From NCBI RefSeq assembly GCF_963921235.1, contig NC_086097.1, positions 1,860,001 to 1,924,000 of the forward strand: a stretch of 64,000 bases of DNA, in the 5' to 3' direction. Shown here one piece after another: positions 37,551 to 50,215 of this stretch; the first letter of the stretch is position 1; every line of letters begins with the position of its first letter. Both the position numbers and the translations under genes were made by a program. This DNA is from Mobula hypostoma. Its lineage: Eukaryota. The notes under the pieces were generated by a model, which searched no databases, was not told the origin of the DNA, and was given only the letters and a program-made list of their open reading frames with translations.

Positions 37551-37822
37551 TAAACGTAACTTTGCTGGATCAAATAACAACAGCACAAAAAGATCATTAC
37601 TTATCTTTTCACCTGTTTATTTCTTCGAGCTCAGCTGGCGAGTGAACTTGGACCCGACATCCGGGAGAGACCCTTTCTCATCTCCCCGGCGGTTCTACAA
37701 GTTCACTGCCCAATGTCCGAATTGTCAGAAGTTATAAGGCCACCAATACAAAAGAACAATCAGTTTGATAACCATTCCGGTCAAGTCAGTGGACTATTGA
37801 TTCAGAGAACAATCAGTTTGAT

Positions 37823-38282
37823 CGCAAACAACAGGAATTCTGCAGATGCTGGAAATTCAATCAACACACATCAAAGTTGCTGGTGAACGCAGCAGGCCAA
37901 GCAGCATCTATAGGAAGAGGTGCAGTCGACGTTTCAGGCCGAGACCCTTCGTCAGGACTAACTGAAGGAAGAGTGAGTAAGGGATTTGAAAGTAGGAGGG
38001 GGAGGGGAATATCCAAAATGATAGGAGAAGACAGGAGGGGGAGGGATAGAGCCGAGAGCTGGACAGGTGATAGGCAAAAGGGGATACGAGAGGATCATGG
38101 GACAGGAGGTCTGGGAAGAAAGACGGGGGGGGTGACCCAGAGGATGGGCAAGAGGTATATTCAGAGGGACAGAGGGAGAAAAAGGAGAGTGAGAGAAAGA
38201 ATGTGTGCATAAAAATGAGTAACAGATGGGGTACGAGGGGGAGGTGGGGCCTTAGCGGAAGTTAGAGAAGTCAATGTTCATG
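37823..38282 (-). mobile_element. Penelope-like 3' fragment with 13-bp TSD
   Basis: Matches 421-875; CAATCAGTTTGAT at 37810-37822 and 38283-38295. Confidence 0.9.
37923..37960 (-). ncRNA. Minimal hammerhead ribozyme motif
   Basis: Identical to the motif at 504-541. Confidence 0.85.
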
Positions 38283-39179
38283 CAATCAGTTTGATAACCA
38301 TTCCGGCCAAGTCAATAGACTATTGATACAGAGAACAATCAGTTTGATAACCATTCCGGCCAAGTCAATGGACTATTGATACAAAAGTACAATCAATTTG
38401 TTGGACACTCCAGCCACCTTAATTAAAGAAAGAAATGTCCTACCTGGTTTGCTGGAGCCACAACTTAATTACAAAGATAAGAACATCCGTCAAATTTATG
38501 CTTTAATTAAGAAAGGAATGTTCTGTCTAATTTCCATTAGGTACTGCTTTTTGTCAAAATCAAAAGGTGTGAAAAGCCCAGAGACATCTATGTGGATCTG
38601 GGCGAACTTTAATCATCTTGCTCCAAAGAAGGCAGCTGTGAGACATTATTCAAACACACTGCAGTCACAGACATAGTCAGTTCCGAATCCATTGTTTACA
38701 GGAATCTTGAGAATCCCCCATTCCCTTAAACTTCATCACAAGTACCCCAAACCTTTATTCTTAATAATCAACTCCAATATCTTCCCAACCACTGAGGTCA
38801 GGCTAACTGGTCTATAATTTCCTTTCTTTTGCTTCCTCCCTTTTTGAAGAGTGGAGTGACATTTGCAATTTTCCAGTCCTCTGGAGCTATGCCAGAGTCA
38901 ATTGATTCTTGAAAGATCATTAATATGCCTCCACCGTCTCTTCGGTCACCAGTTTCAGGACTCTGGGGTGTAGACCATTTAGTCCAGGTCATTTATCTAT
39001 CTTCAGACCTTTCAGTTTCCCAAGAACCTTCTCTCCAGTAATGGCAATTTCATACACTTCTAACCCCTGACACTCTGGAGTTCCAGCAGGCTGCCACAGT
39101 CTTCCACAGTGAAAACTGATGCAAAATACTTATTCAGTTTATCTGCCAATCCTTATCTCCCATTACTACCTCTCCAGCA

Positions 39180-40440
39180 TCATTACTTCCTACAAAGCGA
39201 AACCCAACAGCATGAATGGCAGTGATGCTTCACTACCAGATGAACTCAATGTATTCTATGCACGCTTTGAAAGGGAGAATATAACTACAGCTGTGAAGAT
39301 CCCTGCTGCACCTGATGACCCTGTGATCTCTGTCTCAGAGGCCGATGTTAGGCTGTCTTTAAAGAGTGAACCTTCGCAAGGCGTAAAGTCCCGATGGAGT
39401 ACCTGGTAAGGCTCTGAAAACCAGTGCCAACCAACTAGCGGGAGTATTAAGAATAAGAATATCTTTATTGTCATTGTTGTGGAGCAATGAAACACAGTTT
39501 AGCAGCTCAACGTTTTGCAGTATGACAAAGAATATATACCTAAAATAAACTCTTCAGGACATTTTCAACTTCTCACTGCTACGGGCGGAAGTTCCCACTT
39601 GCTTTAAAAAGGCAACAATTATACCAGTGAGAAGAAGAATAATGTGGCTGCCATAGTATCTATCGCCCGGTAGACGAAAGAGCTAATTGTGGACTTCAGG
39701 AAGGGTAAGACGAAGGAACACATACCAATCCTCATAGAGGGATCAGAAGTGGAGAGAGTGAGCAGTTTCAAGTTCCTGGGTGTTAAGATCTCTGAGGACC
39801 TAACCTGGTCCCAACATATCGATGTAGTTATAAAGAAGGCAAGACAGTGGCTAGACTTTATTAGGAGGTTGAAGAGATTTGGCATGTCAGCAAATCTACT
39901 CAAAACCTCTACCGTGGAGAGCGTTCTGACAGGCTGCATCACTGTCTGGTATGGAGGGGCTACTGCACAGGACCGAAAGAAGCTGCAGAAGGTTGTAAAT
40001 CTAGTCAGCTCCATCTTGGGTACTAGTCTACAAATTACCCAGGACATCTTTAGGGAGTGGTGTCTCAGAAAGGCAGCGTCCATTATTAAGGACCTCCAGC
40101 ACTCAGAGCATGGCCTTTTCTCACTGTTACCACCAGGTAGGAGATACAGAAGCCTGAAGGCACACACTCAGCGATTCAGGAACAGCTTCTTCCCCTCTGC
40201 CATCCCGTTCCTAAATGGACATTGAATCTTTGGACACTCCCTCACTTTTTTTTAATATACAGTATTTCTGTTTTTGCATGTTTTAAAAAAATCTATTCAA
40301 TATACATAATTGATTTACTTAAAAAAAAATTATTTGTTTTTTTTTCTCTCTCTGTTAGATTATGTATTGCATTGAACTGCTGCTGCTAAGTTAACAAATT
40401 TTACGTCACATGCCGGTGATAATAAGCCTGATTCTGATTT
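39180..40440 (+). mobile_element. Rex1/Babar fragment nested in a minus-strand CR1 (38770-40600)
   Basis: 'ASLPDELNVFYARFE'; ORF 39689-40225 'VSSFKFLGVKISEDLTW...RNSFFPSAI'; (TGATTC) tail; CR1 continues at 40445. Confidence 0.85.
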
Positions 40441-41126
40441 ATTTTCCAGTGGTCCAATGTATACTCTCACCTCTTTTACTCTTGAAATATCTCAAAAAAT
40501 GTTTGGTATCCTTTTTGATATTGGCTATCTTGCCTTCATTTTTCATCTCCCCCCCCCCCCACCCCCATGGCTTTTTTAGTTGCCTTCTGTTGTTTTTAAG
40601 CTATGAAGAATTTAAAGGTATCGAAAATCATTTTGAATATTACAATGAAAATCAAGATTTGGAGGATGCAATTATCGCCTCTCATTGCTGCCATCAGGAA
40701 GGAGGTACAGGAGACTCAGGACTCACACCAGCAAGTTCAGGAACAGTTACTACCCCTCAACCAAAGGGGATAACTTCACTCACCCGGACACTGGTTTTTC
40801 CCGTAAACTCTGGACTCAGTTTCAAGGATTCGTCATCTCGTGTTCTCAATATTTATTGTTTCTTTCTTTGGTATTACTGTTTTTCTAATCTTTCTTCTTG
40901 TAAATGCACAGTTTGTTGTTTTTTTGCACACATTGTCCGCCCTGTTGGTGTGGTCTTTCATTGATTCTATTATGGTTATTGGATTTATTGAATACGCCTG
41001 CAAGAAGGGGGGGAGGAAGCGAAAGAGGCTTGCTGAAAGGTGCTACGTGAAGCCAGGTGGGTGGGAAAGGTAACGGGCTGGAGAAGAAAGAATCTGATAG
41101 AAGGGGAGCGAGGGAAGGACCCAGGA

Positions 41127-41710
41127 CAATAGACAATAGGTGCAGGAGTAGGCTATTCAGCCCTTCGAGCCAGCACTGCCATTCACTGTGATCATGGCTG
41201 ATCATCCACAATCAGTATCCAGTTCCTGCCTTATCCCCATAACATTTGATTCCGCTATCTTTAAGAGCTCTATCCATCTCTTTCAAGAAAGCATCCAGAG
41301 ACTTGGCCTCCACTGCCTTCTGGGGCAAAGCATTCCATACATCCACGACTCTCTGGGTGAAAAAGTTTTTCCTCAACTCCGTTCTAAATGGCCTACCCCT
41401 TATTCTTAAACTGTGGCCTCTGGTTCTGGACCCATCAGCAGGAACATGCTTCCTGCCTCCAGTGTGTCCAATCCCTTAATAATCTTATATGTTTCAATAA
41501 GATCCCCTCTCAGCCTTCTAAATTCCAGAGTATGCAAGCCCAGTCGCTCCAATCTTTCGACATATGATAGTCCCGCCATCCCGGGAATTAACCTTGTGAA
41601 CCTACTCTGCACTCCCTCAATAGCAAGAATGCCCTTCTTCAAATTTGGAGACCAAAACTGCGCACGGTACTCCAGGTGTGGTGTCACCAGGGCCCTGTAC
41701 AGCTGCAGGA
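41127..41710 (-). mobile_element. CR1 3' fragment
   Basis: 'LQLYRALVTPHLEY...RRLRGDLIETYKIIKG'. Confidence 0.9.
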
Positions 41711-42275
41711 CCCAGGGGGAAATGATAGGAAGGTGAGAAGAGCTAAAATATGAAATGGTCCTATTTGTCGATTTATTATACAGTGCATTCCCGTTAATTG
41801 GGACCAGTCGGGACCAGTATATTTTGGCCCAATTCAGTGGCTGCCTCAATTAGCAGAGGTTTCATGGAAGTAGTTAAAAAGGCATAAAAAAGGCAAACTA
41901 TCATTGAACTCAGTAACAAATAATGTATTAAATCTAAAATTTATTATCAGAGTGCTTACACATCTCCACATACTGCCCTGAGTGGGGAATATGGTGAGAG
42001 GGGTTGCATTTGTTTACTGGAAGAGTAGTCAGTAATCATGCCATCAAGTTGGAAGGTACCCAGATGGAATATAAGCTGTTGCTCCTCCACCCTGAGGGTG
42101 GCACGAGAGAAGGCTTTGGAAATGAGAATGGGAATCGGAATTAAAATGTTTGGCCACCAGCTTTGTTTCATATCAACTAATTAAGGTGTGTGTGGATTGT
42201 CAGTTTGTGGACTAAGATGTGCTTTTTGTTCTTTTGTTATCAGGTCATGTTATAAATCTTTGATCTCAGTTCAGA

Positions 42276-42861
42276 ATGTCATGGTTTGCTGATTTGGCAG
42301 GGAAGGCGGAAAACTTCCTGAACAAAGTGGACCAGGGGGCTGCGGCTGCACTGCAGAATGCACCCCATAATGCCGCCACAGCCACAGCCACACACCCGCA
42401 CAGCGGTAGCGACGGAGCTACTTCTCAGAGCCAGTATTCGGCCCTGAACCAGCTGAATCGTAAATCTGATCAGCAGATCCACACAAGCCCTGATTATGTC
42501 TCCTCCGCTGCCAGTAACATTAAGAGACAGAAGGCCACCCTTTTGGCTGGAGTTTCTAATGTATCATCACCATCGAATGTTGACACCTCGGCTGGTGTGC
42601 CTGCAAGCTCTTCTCAAAGCAGGCCCTCGGTGCAGTTCGTGCGACCAAAACGGAATGAGCCTAATGATGACCAACTTTTTGATTTCCTAAATAGTTCAGA
42701 AAAATTATTAAATGGAAAGGTGGACACTAAGCAAGAGGTAGCAAAGCCTACCACACCAAAGACTCATTCTCGGACTTCTAGTCACAGTTCAGTAAAATTG
42801 GGCACCAATAGTAAGACGGCTGAGGAGAGCTTTATCAAGGACAGTTCTGCTTCTGGATATG
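42276..42861 (+). CDS. GOLGA5: Golgin subfamily A member 5 (golgin-84), first coding exon (exon spans 42244-42861)
   Basis: 'MSWFADLAGKAENFLNKVDQGAAAAL...SSAASNIKRQKATLLAG...FVRPKRNEPNDDQLFDFLNSSEK' matches the golgin-84 N-terminus; acceptor TTTTGTTATCAG|G at 42243 and donor G|GTAAGA at 42861 (phase 1). Confidence 0.96.
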
Positions 42862-43081
42862 GTAAGAAAAAGTTTCAATGAAAACAAATTATTGTTTACT
42901 AATTTTCTATACACAATTTCAGTTATGCAGATAGAACGTTTTATGGATGTATTTTCTTTAGAGATACAGCAAAGAAGAGCTCCTTCGAGTCCACTGAATC
43001 GTACCGTGCAGCAACCCGCCTGTTTAAGCCTGGCCTAATCACAGGACAGTGATTAGGCCAGGCTTAAATAGTGTAGGTAGT

Positions 43082-43246
43082 GGGTAGTGGCTCCATATGT
43101 CACTATACAGGGCGTGACGACCCTGCCGTACACGAGTCCTGGGCTCAGCTGGCTCCAGCTGACAGTACCCGGTATGGGCCCCTATCCAGGGTTACGGATC
43201 CCACTGCCTTGTGGGTGTCTTCGGGAGAAGAGAAGGCTAAGGAGTA
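43082..43246 (+). ncRNA. Candidate HDV-like self-cleaving ribozyme
   Basis: P1 GGGUAGU/ACUGCCU, P3 GGG/CCC, L3 UUACGGAU, P1.1 UA/UG, P4 UCUUC-GGGA-GAAGA, J4/2 GCUAA, imperfect P2 UAUCCA/GGAGUA. Confidence 0.6.
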
Positions 43247-43370
43247 AACCCTACACAAATCCAGAGTGGAGCCCCTAAGGCGGTTGGATGACGTATCACG
43301 TCACCTCCCGGCAGCTCCTGCAGCCAAGCTGATGCCAAATGTACTGCTTCACATTCCTTTGGACCACATG
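43082..43370 (+). mobile_element. Probable RTE-clade LINE 5'-UTR fragment
   Basis: CpG-rich structured block with CTGCCTTG...GAAGGCTAAGGAGTAAACCC...AAATCCAGAGTGGAG, recalled as RTE 5'-UTR-like; HDV-like fold at its 5' end. Confidence 0.55.
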
Positions 43371-44191
43371 CTCACCACTGATTGCCAACTAGGGGTGGAG
43401 GTTTCACGCTGAAGGAAGGTGGGGTGGGAATTGACAGTGTGGGGGAGGGGGATGTTTGAAAGAGGAACTGAACTGCTGGTGATGTTGGGTGAATTTGGCC
43501 CCCGGGGGGGGGGGGGGGAGAAGAGGGCTTGGGTTTATGGGGGTGTGTTGGAGATGTTAGGTTTAGGGGTAGGGCTGAGGACTGGGGATGTGAGAGGGGA
43601 TGGTGGGGCCTGGTGTTACATAAGCCCTTTGTGAGGGTGTGGCTTGGTTTATTTGGGGTGCTGTCCGGTTTAGTTGGTCCATTGGAAGTTAGGATTAGGG
43701 TTGGGGATGTCTCTTGTGGGCTGCCGCGGGTAGTATTAAACTGGTGATGTGGGATGAACCTGGCTCCCTGGTGGGGAGAGGGCTCGGGTTTAAGGACGAA
43801 AGTGCATTCTAACAAGCCACATCTCTGATTAGTGTACAGGCTGCACTGCAGCCAATGGTTAAGACATCACCAGGCACCAGCCAAGCACTGAGGACAGTTA
43901 TAGAGAAAGATGCTGGAAAAGGGCCAGTCACATCATGGGCACCTCACCTACCCTGCTCGTGGACTGTTTGTGCCACTCTCATCAGGGAGGAGGCTGTGTG
44001 GTATCCACACCAGGGCCACCAGACTCAGGAACAGTTACTTTTCTAAGCTGTAGGGTTGTTCGGCAGAATCTGATTCTGTTCTTTACCTTTTGTGCTGCAT
44101 CGGATCTGGAGTAACAATTATTTTGTTATTGACATTTGTTTACTGGAAATGAGGTTAAACAATCTTGAATCTGGAAGTAGAATACAGTGTG

Positions 44192-44815
44192 ACCATAAGA
44201 TATAGGAGCAGAAGTAGGCCATTTGGCCCATCGAGTCTGCTCCGCTATTCAATCATGGGCTGATCCAATTCTTCCAGTCATCCCCACTCCCCTGCCTTCT
44301 CTCCATACCCTTTGATGCCCTGGCTAATCAGGAACCTATCTATCTCTACCTTAAATACACCCAATGACTTGGCCTCCACAGTCACTCATGGCAACAAGTT
44401 CCACAGATTTACCACACTCTGACTAAAGTAATTTCTCCGCACCTCTGTTCTAAATGAATGTCCTTCAATTCTGAAGTCGCGCCCTCTTGTCCTAGATTCC
44501 CCTACCATGGGAAATAACTTTGCCGTATCTAATCTGTTCAGGCCTTTTAACATTTGGAATGTTTCTATGAGATCCCCCCTCATTCTCCTGAACTCCAGGG
44601 AATACAACCCTTCTTTGATATTGGTTGCCAGCTTCATTTCATAATTCATCTAATGACCTTCTCAGTTTCTGTCTGCAAGTTTTTAAAAGCTTCCCAATCC
44701 TCTATCTTCCCACCAGCTCTGGCTTCCTTGTATACCCTCTCTTTTGCTTTTACTTTGGCTCTGACTTCACTTGTCAGCCATGGTAGTGTCCTTCTTTCAT
44801 TCGAAAATTTCTTCT
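44192..44815 (-). mobile_element. CR1 fragment with internal deletion (same subfamily as 3960-6750)
   Basis: 44192-44607 matches 3961-4380, then jumps to sequence matching 5778-5990. Confidence 0.85.
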
Positions 44816-45099
44816 CATTACTGTGTGGGGCACCATGGTAGCACCCCATGTTCCTGGGAGCGTGTGTGGGTTTCCTCCAGGGGCTCCAGTTTCCTCCCAC
44901 AGTCCAAAGTCAAACCTGTTAGTAGGTTAATTGGTCATTGTAAATTGTCCTGTGATTTGGTGAGGGTTAAATAGATGGGCAGTGTGGCTCATAGGGAGAG
45001 AAGGGCCTGTTGCCCACTGTATTCTGAAAGAAAGACAGAAAGAAAGGAAGTAAGTAGAATTTCAGAGATTAGGATATTGTTCAAAGTATCACCATCAAA

Positions 45100-46983
45100 A
45101 ACCTTTTAAATGTTGAAAGGCCTAGACAGAGTGGATGTGGAAAGAATGTTTCCCATGGTGGGAGAGTCTTGGACAAGAGGGCACAGCCTCAGGATAGAGG
45201 GGCGCCCATTGAAAAGGTGGTGAATTTGTGGAATTTGTTCTACATGCAGCTGTGCAGGACAGGTCATTGGGTGTACTTAAGGCAGAGATTAACCTTTGGA
45301 CATGGCATCAAAGGTTACAGGGAGAAGGCCAGGAACTGGGTTGAGGAGAGGAAAAAAAGGATCAGCCATGATTGAATGGCGGAGCAGACTGGATGGGCCA
45401 GATGGCCTAATTCTGCTCCTATGTCTTATGGTCTATAGATAAGTCACCCGGCCAGATGGTGTCTACACCAGAGTTCTGAAAGAGATGGCTGAAGAGATTG
45501 TGGAGGTGTTAGTAATGATCTTTCAAGAATCACTGGATTTTGGAATGGTTCTGGAAGACTGGAAAATTGCAAATGTCACTTCAGTCTTCGAGAGAGAGAG
45601 AGAGGCAGAAGAAAGGAAATTTTAGGCCTGTGAGTCTGACTTCATTGATCTGGGAAAATGTTGGAGTTGATTGTTAAGGATGTGGTTTCTGGTGCTTTGT
45701 GGCACATGACTAAATAGGCCATAGTCAGCATGCTTTCCTCAAGGGAAAATCTTGCCTGACAAATCTGTTGGAATTCTTTGAAGAAATAACAAGTAAGATA
45801 GAGAAGTAACAAAGGAGAATCAGTTGATGTGTACTTGGATTTTCAGAAGGCCTTTGACAAGGTACCACACATGAGGCTGCTTAATAAGCTACGAGGCCAT
45901 GGTATTACAGGAAAGATTCTAGCATGGATAAAGCAGCGGCTGATTGGCAGGAGACAAAGAGTGGGAATAAAGGGAGCCTTTTCTGGTTGGCTGCCAGTGA
46001 CTAGTGGTGTTCCACAGGGGTCTGTGTTGAGACCGATTCTTTTTACATTATATGTCAATGATTTGGATGATGGAATTGATTGCTTTTTTGCAAAGTTTAC
46101 AGACAATACAAAGAAAGGTGCAGGGGCAGGTAGTTTTGAGGAAGTAGAGAGGCTACGGAAGGATTAGACAGATTAGGAGAATGGGCAAAGAAGCGGCAGA
46201 TGGAATATAGTGTCAGGAAAGTGTATGATCATGCACTTTGTAGAAGAAATGAAAGGGTTGACTATTTTCTAAATGGAGAGAAAATACAAAACTGGGGTGC
46301 AAAGGGACTTGGGAGTTTGCAGGTTGAGTCAGTGGTGAAGAAGGTAAATGCAATGTTAACATTAATTTCAAGAGGACAAAAATATAAAGTTGAGACTTTA
46401 TAAAGCATTGATGAGGTCTCACATGGAGTATTGTGCACAATTTTGGGCCCCTCATCTTAGAAAGGATGTGCTGAAACTGGAGAGGGTTCAAAGGACGTTC
46501 ATGAAGATGATTCCAGGAGTGAATGGCTTGACATATGAAGAATGTTTGATGGCTCTGAGCCTGTATTCACTGGAATTCAGAAGGATGAGGAGTTTCAACC
46601 TAATTGAAACCTATCGAATGGTGAAGGGTCTTGATAGAGTGGTTGTGGAGAGGATATTCCCTGTGGTGGGAGAGTCTAAGACCAGAGGTCACCGCCTCAG
46701 AATAGAGGGGCGTCCTCTTAGGACAGGGATGAGGAGAAATTTCTTTAATCAATGAGTGGTGAATCTGGATTTTTTTTGCCACTGGCAGCTGTGGAGGCCA
46801 AGTTTTTATGTATATTTAAGGCAGAGGTTGATAAATTCTTGATTAGTCAGGGCATGAAGGGATACAGAATGAAGGCTAGAGATTGGGACTGAGAGGAAAA
46901 ATGGATCAGCCATGGTGAAATGGTGGAGCAGATATGATGGGCCAAATGGCCGAATTCTGCTCCTATATATTATGGTCTTATGG
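45100..46983 (+). mobile_element. Two tandem degenerate CR1 fragments (45100-45435 and 45435-46983)
   Basis: '[13 protein letters not shown]...GVPQGSVL', 'LYKALMRSHMEYCAQFW'; two CR1 3' tails. Confidence 0.88.
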
Positions 46984-47429
46984 AATGTAGTTAGGAAAAA
47001 CAACATGAAAATAGGAATCTCGAGCATTGTGAAGTTTGGCGAGGGAGTGGATAGAGAGTGGCAGAAGAACTGGTAATGCAAGAGTGAATCTTGCTTGAGC
47101 TTGGAGTAGGTTTTCAAATCAGATGGGAGGCTGCAGGAGAAGTTCTGATAATGGACAGAGAAATGTTTTCTCTTGAAATTGGTAGTAATACATTTAGAAT
47201 CTGTTGCCATAGAAATAAAGCAGAGTAGAAGAAATTATTGACTGTGCTGTTCCGGGTGACCGATATACAATCTACACACTACTTGATTTATGCCAGAAAT
47301 ATTCTTTTCTTTTGCTGGATCTTGACACTTCAAAAATAGATGGATTTGCATATTAGAGTGTGGATTTATTTTCTAGTTGTGCAGTGGAGGAAAATAATTT
47401 GAGATTTTTTCATTACAACCATAATGTAT

Positions 47430-48755
47430 TATTAATGGTAAAACTCTTGGCAGCGTGGAGGATCAGAGAGATCTTGGGGTCCGAGTCCATAGGACGCTCA
47501 AAACAGCTGCGCAGGTTGACTCTGGTTAAGAAGGCATATGGTGTATTGGCCTGCATCAGTCGTGGAATTGAACTTAGGAGTGGAAATGTAATGTTGCAGT
47601 TATATAGGACCCTGGTCAGACCCCACTTGGAGTACTGTGCTCAGTTCTGGTCACCTCACTACAGGAAGGATGTGGAAACCATAGAAAGGGTGCAGAGGAG
47701 ATTTACAAGGATGATGCCTGGATTGGGGAGCATGCCTTATGAAAACAGTTTGAGTGAACTTGGCCTTTTCTCCTTGGAGCGACAAAGGATGAGATGTGAC
47801 CTGATAGAGGTGTATAAGGTGATGAGAGGGATTGATCGTATGGATAGTCAGAAGCTTTTTCCCAGGGCTGAAATGGTTGCCATAAGAGGGCACAGGTTTA
47901 AGGTGCTGGGGAGCACGTACAGAGGAGATGTCAGGGGTAAGTTTTTTTACTCAGAGTGGTGAGTGCGTGGAATGGGCTGCCAGCAACGATGGTGGAGGCG
48001 GATACAATAGACCATTCGGCCCTTCGAGCCTGCACCGCCATTCTGAGATCATGGCTGATTATCTACTATCAATACCCGGTTCCTGCCTTGTCCCCTGCCT
48101 TGTCCCCATAACCCTTGATTCCCCTATCCATATGATACCTATCTAGCTCCTTCTTGAAAGCATCCAGAGAATTGGCCTCCACTGCCTTCTGAGGCAGCGC
48201 GTTCCACACCTCCACAACTCTCTGGGAGAAGAAGTTCCACCTCAACTCTGTCCTAAATGACCTACCCCTTATTCTTAAACTATGCCCTCTGGTACTGGAC
48301 TCTCCCAGCATCTGGAACATATTTCCTGCCTCTATCTTGTCCAATCCCTTAATAATCTTATATGTCTCAATCAGATCCCCCCTCAATCTCCTTGATTCCA
48401 GCATGTACAAGCCCAGTCTCTCTAACCTCTCTGCGTAAGACAGTCCGGACATCCCAGGAATGAACCTATGCTGCACCTCTTCCACAGCCAGGATGTCCTT
48501 CCTTAACCCTGGAGACCAAAACTGCACACAATACTCCAGGTGTGGTCTCACCAGGGGCCTGTACAAATGCAAAAGGATTTCCTTGCTCTTGTACTCAATT
48601 CCCTAGGGTCTTATAAGAGACTGTTGGATAGGTACGTGGAGCTTAGAAAAATAGAGTGCTATGGGTAACCCTAGTAATTTCTAAGGTAGGGACATGTTTG
48701 GCACAGCTTTGTGGACCGAAGAGCCTGTATTGTGCTGTAGGTTTTCTATGTTTCT
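47430..48755 (+). mobile_element. CR1 3' fragment with a nested minus-strand CR1 (48008-48603)
   Basis: ORFs 47360-47962 (+) and 48069-48572 (-) both encode CR1 C-termini; host GATACAATAG continues as TAGGGTCTT at 48604. Confidence 0.88.
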
Positions 48756-49389
48756 AACCAGTGGGCCTCCTTGAACTAGGCACCATGTTGGGCCAATGGG
48801 CACAAAGGTCAACTAACCCAAATTGGAGTTGCATACAATTTTTGATCGTTAAAATGAATTCTGTCAATACGATTATTTAGTCACGAAGGCTTCCGAAACT
48901 ACTGATCTGCAATCCTAATAAGGAATGCTGTACACGTAAAATCCTGAAGAATCTATCATAAATATTTTGTACTGGAACTTTAGTAAACTGATTCACTGAA
49001 ACAGATTTTGAAGTGGTAATAGCAAATAACGGTTAGTGCTATGCTATTACAGCTCAGGATGTTGTAGTTCAGAGTCAAATTCCAGCATTCCCTGTAGGGA
49101 GTCTCTGTACGTCCTTCCCATGATTTTTCCTGGATGTTCCGGTTTCCTCCCACAATCCAAAGATATGCTGGGTCATTGTAAATTGTCCGGTGATTAGATC
49201 TGGGTTGAAGCGGGGTTGTGGGGTGTTGCTGAGGTGACGGCCTGGAAGGGCCTGTTCCTCATCACAACAACTGCCGACAGGCAAATCATTGACTTACAAT
49301 TTATTTGTATAAATATTGGAAAACTTTGAATTGTAAACTGAATTTCCATGTATACTATTAGATTGATTTATTAATTGTTATTTTAAAAG

Positions 49390-49617
49390 ATTCAGAAAGG
49401 TCGGAAAGCTCCAGTGTGAATCAGAGTACCCAAATAGAGCCATCAAAGGAAGAAGCATTGGGGAATGCAGGAGGCACAACTTTCTTGAATAAGGATGAGA
49501 ATCAGTCACAAGAGCTATCGAACCTTCGGCTTGAAAACCAGTTGTTGCGGAATGAGGTGAACTCCTTAAACCAAGAAATGGCTTCAGTGATTCAGAAATC
49601 AGTGCAAACTCAAGAAG
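49390..49617 (+). CDS. GOLGA5: GOLGA5 second coding exon (start of coiled coil)
   Basis: 'SQELSNLRLENQLLRNEVNSLNQEMASVIQKSVQTQE' matches golgin-84; acceptor TTTTAAAAG|AT, donor AAG|GTAAGA; in frame with the previous exon (G+AT=Asp). Confidence 0.95.
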
Positions 49618-50215
49618 GTAAGAAGGGAATTTAAACTTTAGGTATGTGGCAAGTGCTGGTTCTCCTTTCCATGTATAGATAATTGTAAATACAAGAGATT
49701 CTGCAGATGACGGAAAACTAACGCAACACGCACAAGTTGATAAAGGAGTCAGCAGGACAGGCAGCATCCATGGAGAGGAATAAAGTGTTGATGTTTTGGG
49801 TCGTAACCTTCATCAGGTTTTGGTCCAAAATGGCAACCACTTATTCCACTGCATTAATGCTGCATGACCTGCTGAATTCCTCCAGCATTTTGTGCATGTT
49901 ACAATAGATAATTATTTCTGAGATATGGTTCCAGAGGTTCTGTTCAAAGACGGACGGAGAAATATCTTCACGAATTCTCCAATTGACCAAAATACCCACA
50001 GTCTGCCATCCTGGTTCGGTGTCAGTTGCCGCGGTCTGTTCTACCCATTCTCTCTCTTAAATCTTCCCTTTAACGGGAGTGCAGTGAACCCCTCTCTCAC
50101 TGCTCCCCCTCTGTGATCTCTGCAGCCCTCTGACATACCACTTCCCATTCTTATTCCAATATGTCAATCCATGGCCTGCTCTACTGACACGATCAGGCCA
50201 CACCTTATATTCTGG

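Larger units (their letters stand above)
37748..38400. repeat. ~53-bp tandem repeat (~4 units) interrupted by a PLE fragment
   Basis: Unit AGAACAATCAGTTTGATAACCATTCCGGYCAAGTCARTGGACTATTGAT on both sides of the insert. Confidence 0.85.

Noticed and set aside
42862..42881. ORF tail 'KKKFQ*' (and 'KKGI*' at 49618-49634) as protein ends
   Set aside because: Read-through into introns beyond GTAAGA donors
49785..49860. Additional hammerheads (also near 2585-2615, 9560-9580, 51710-51745)
   Set aside because: CUGANGA or GAAA core mutated or truncated; decayed relics
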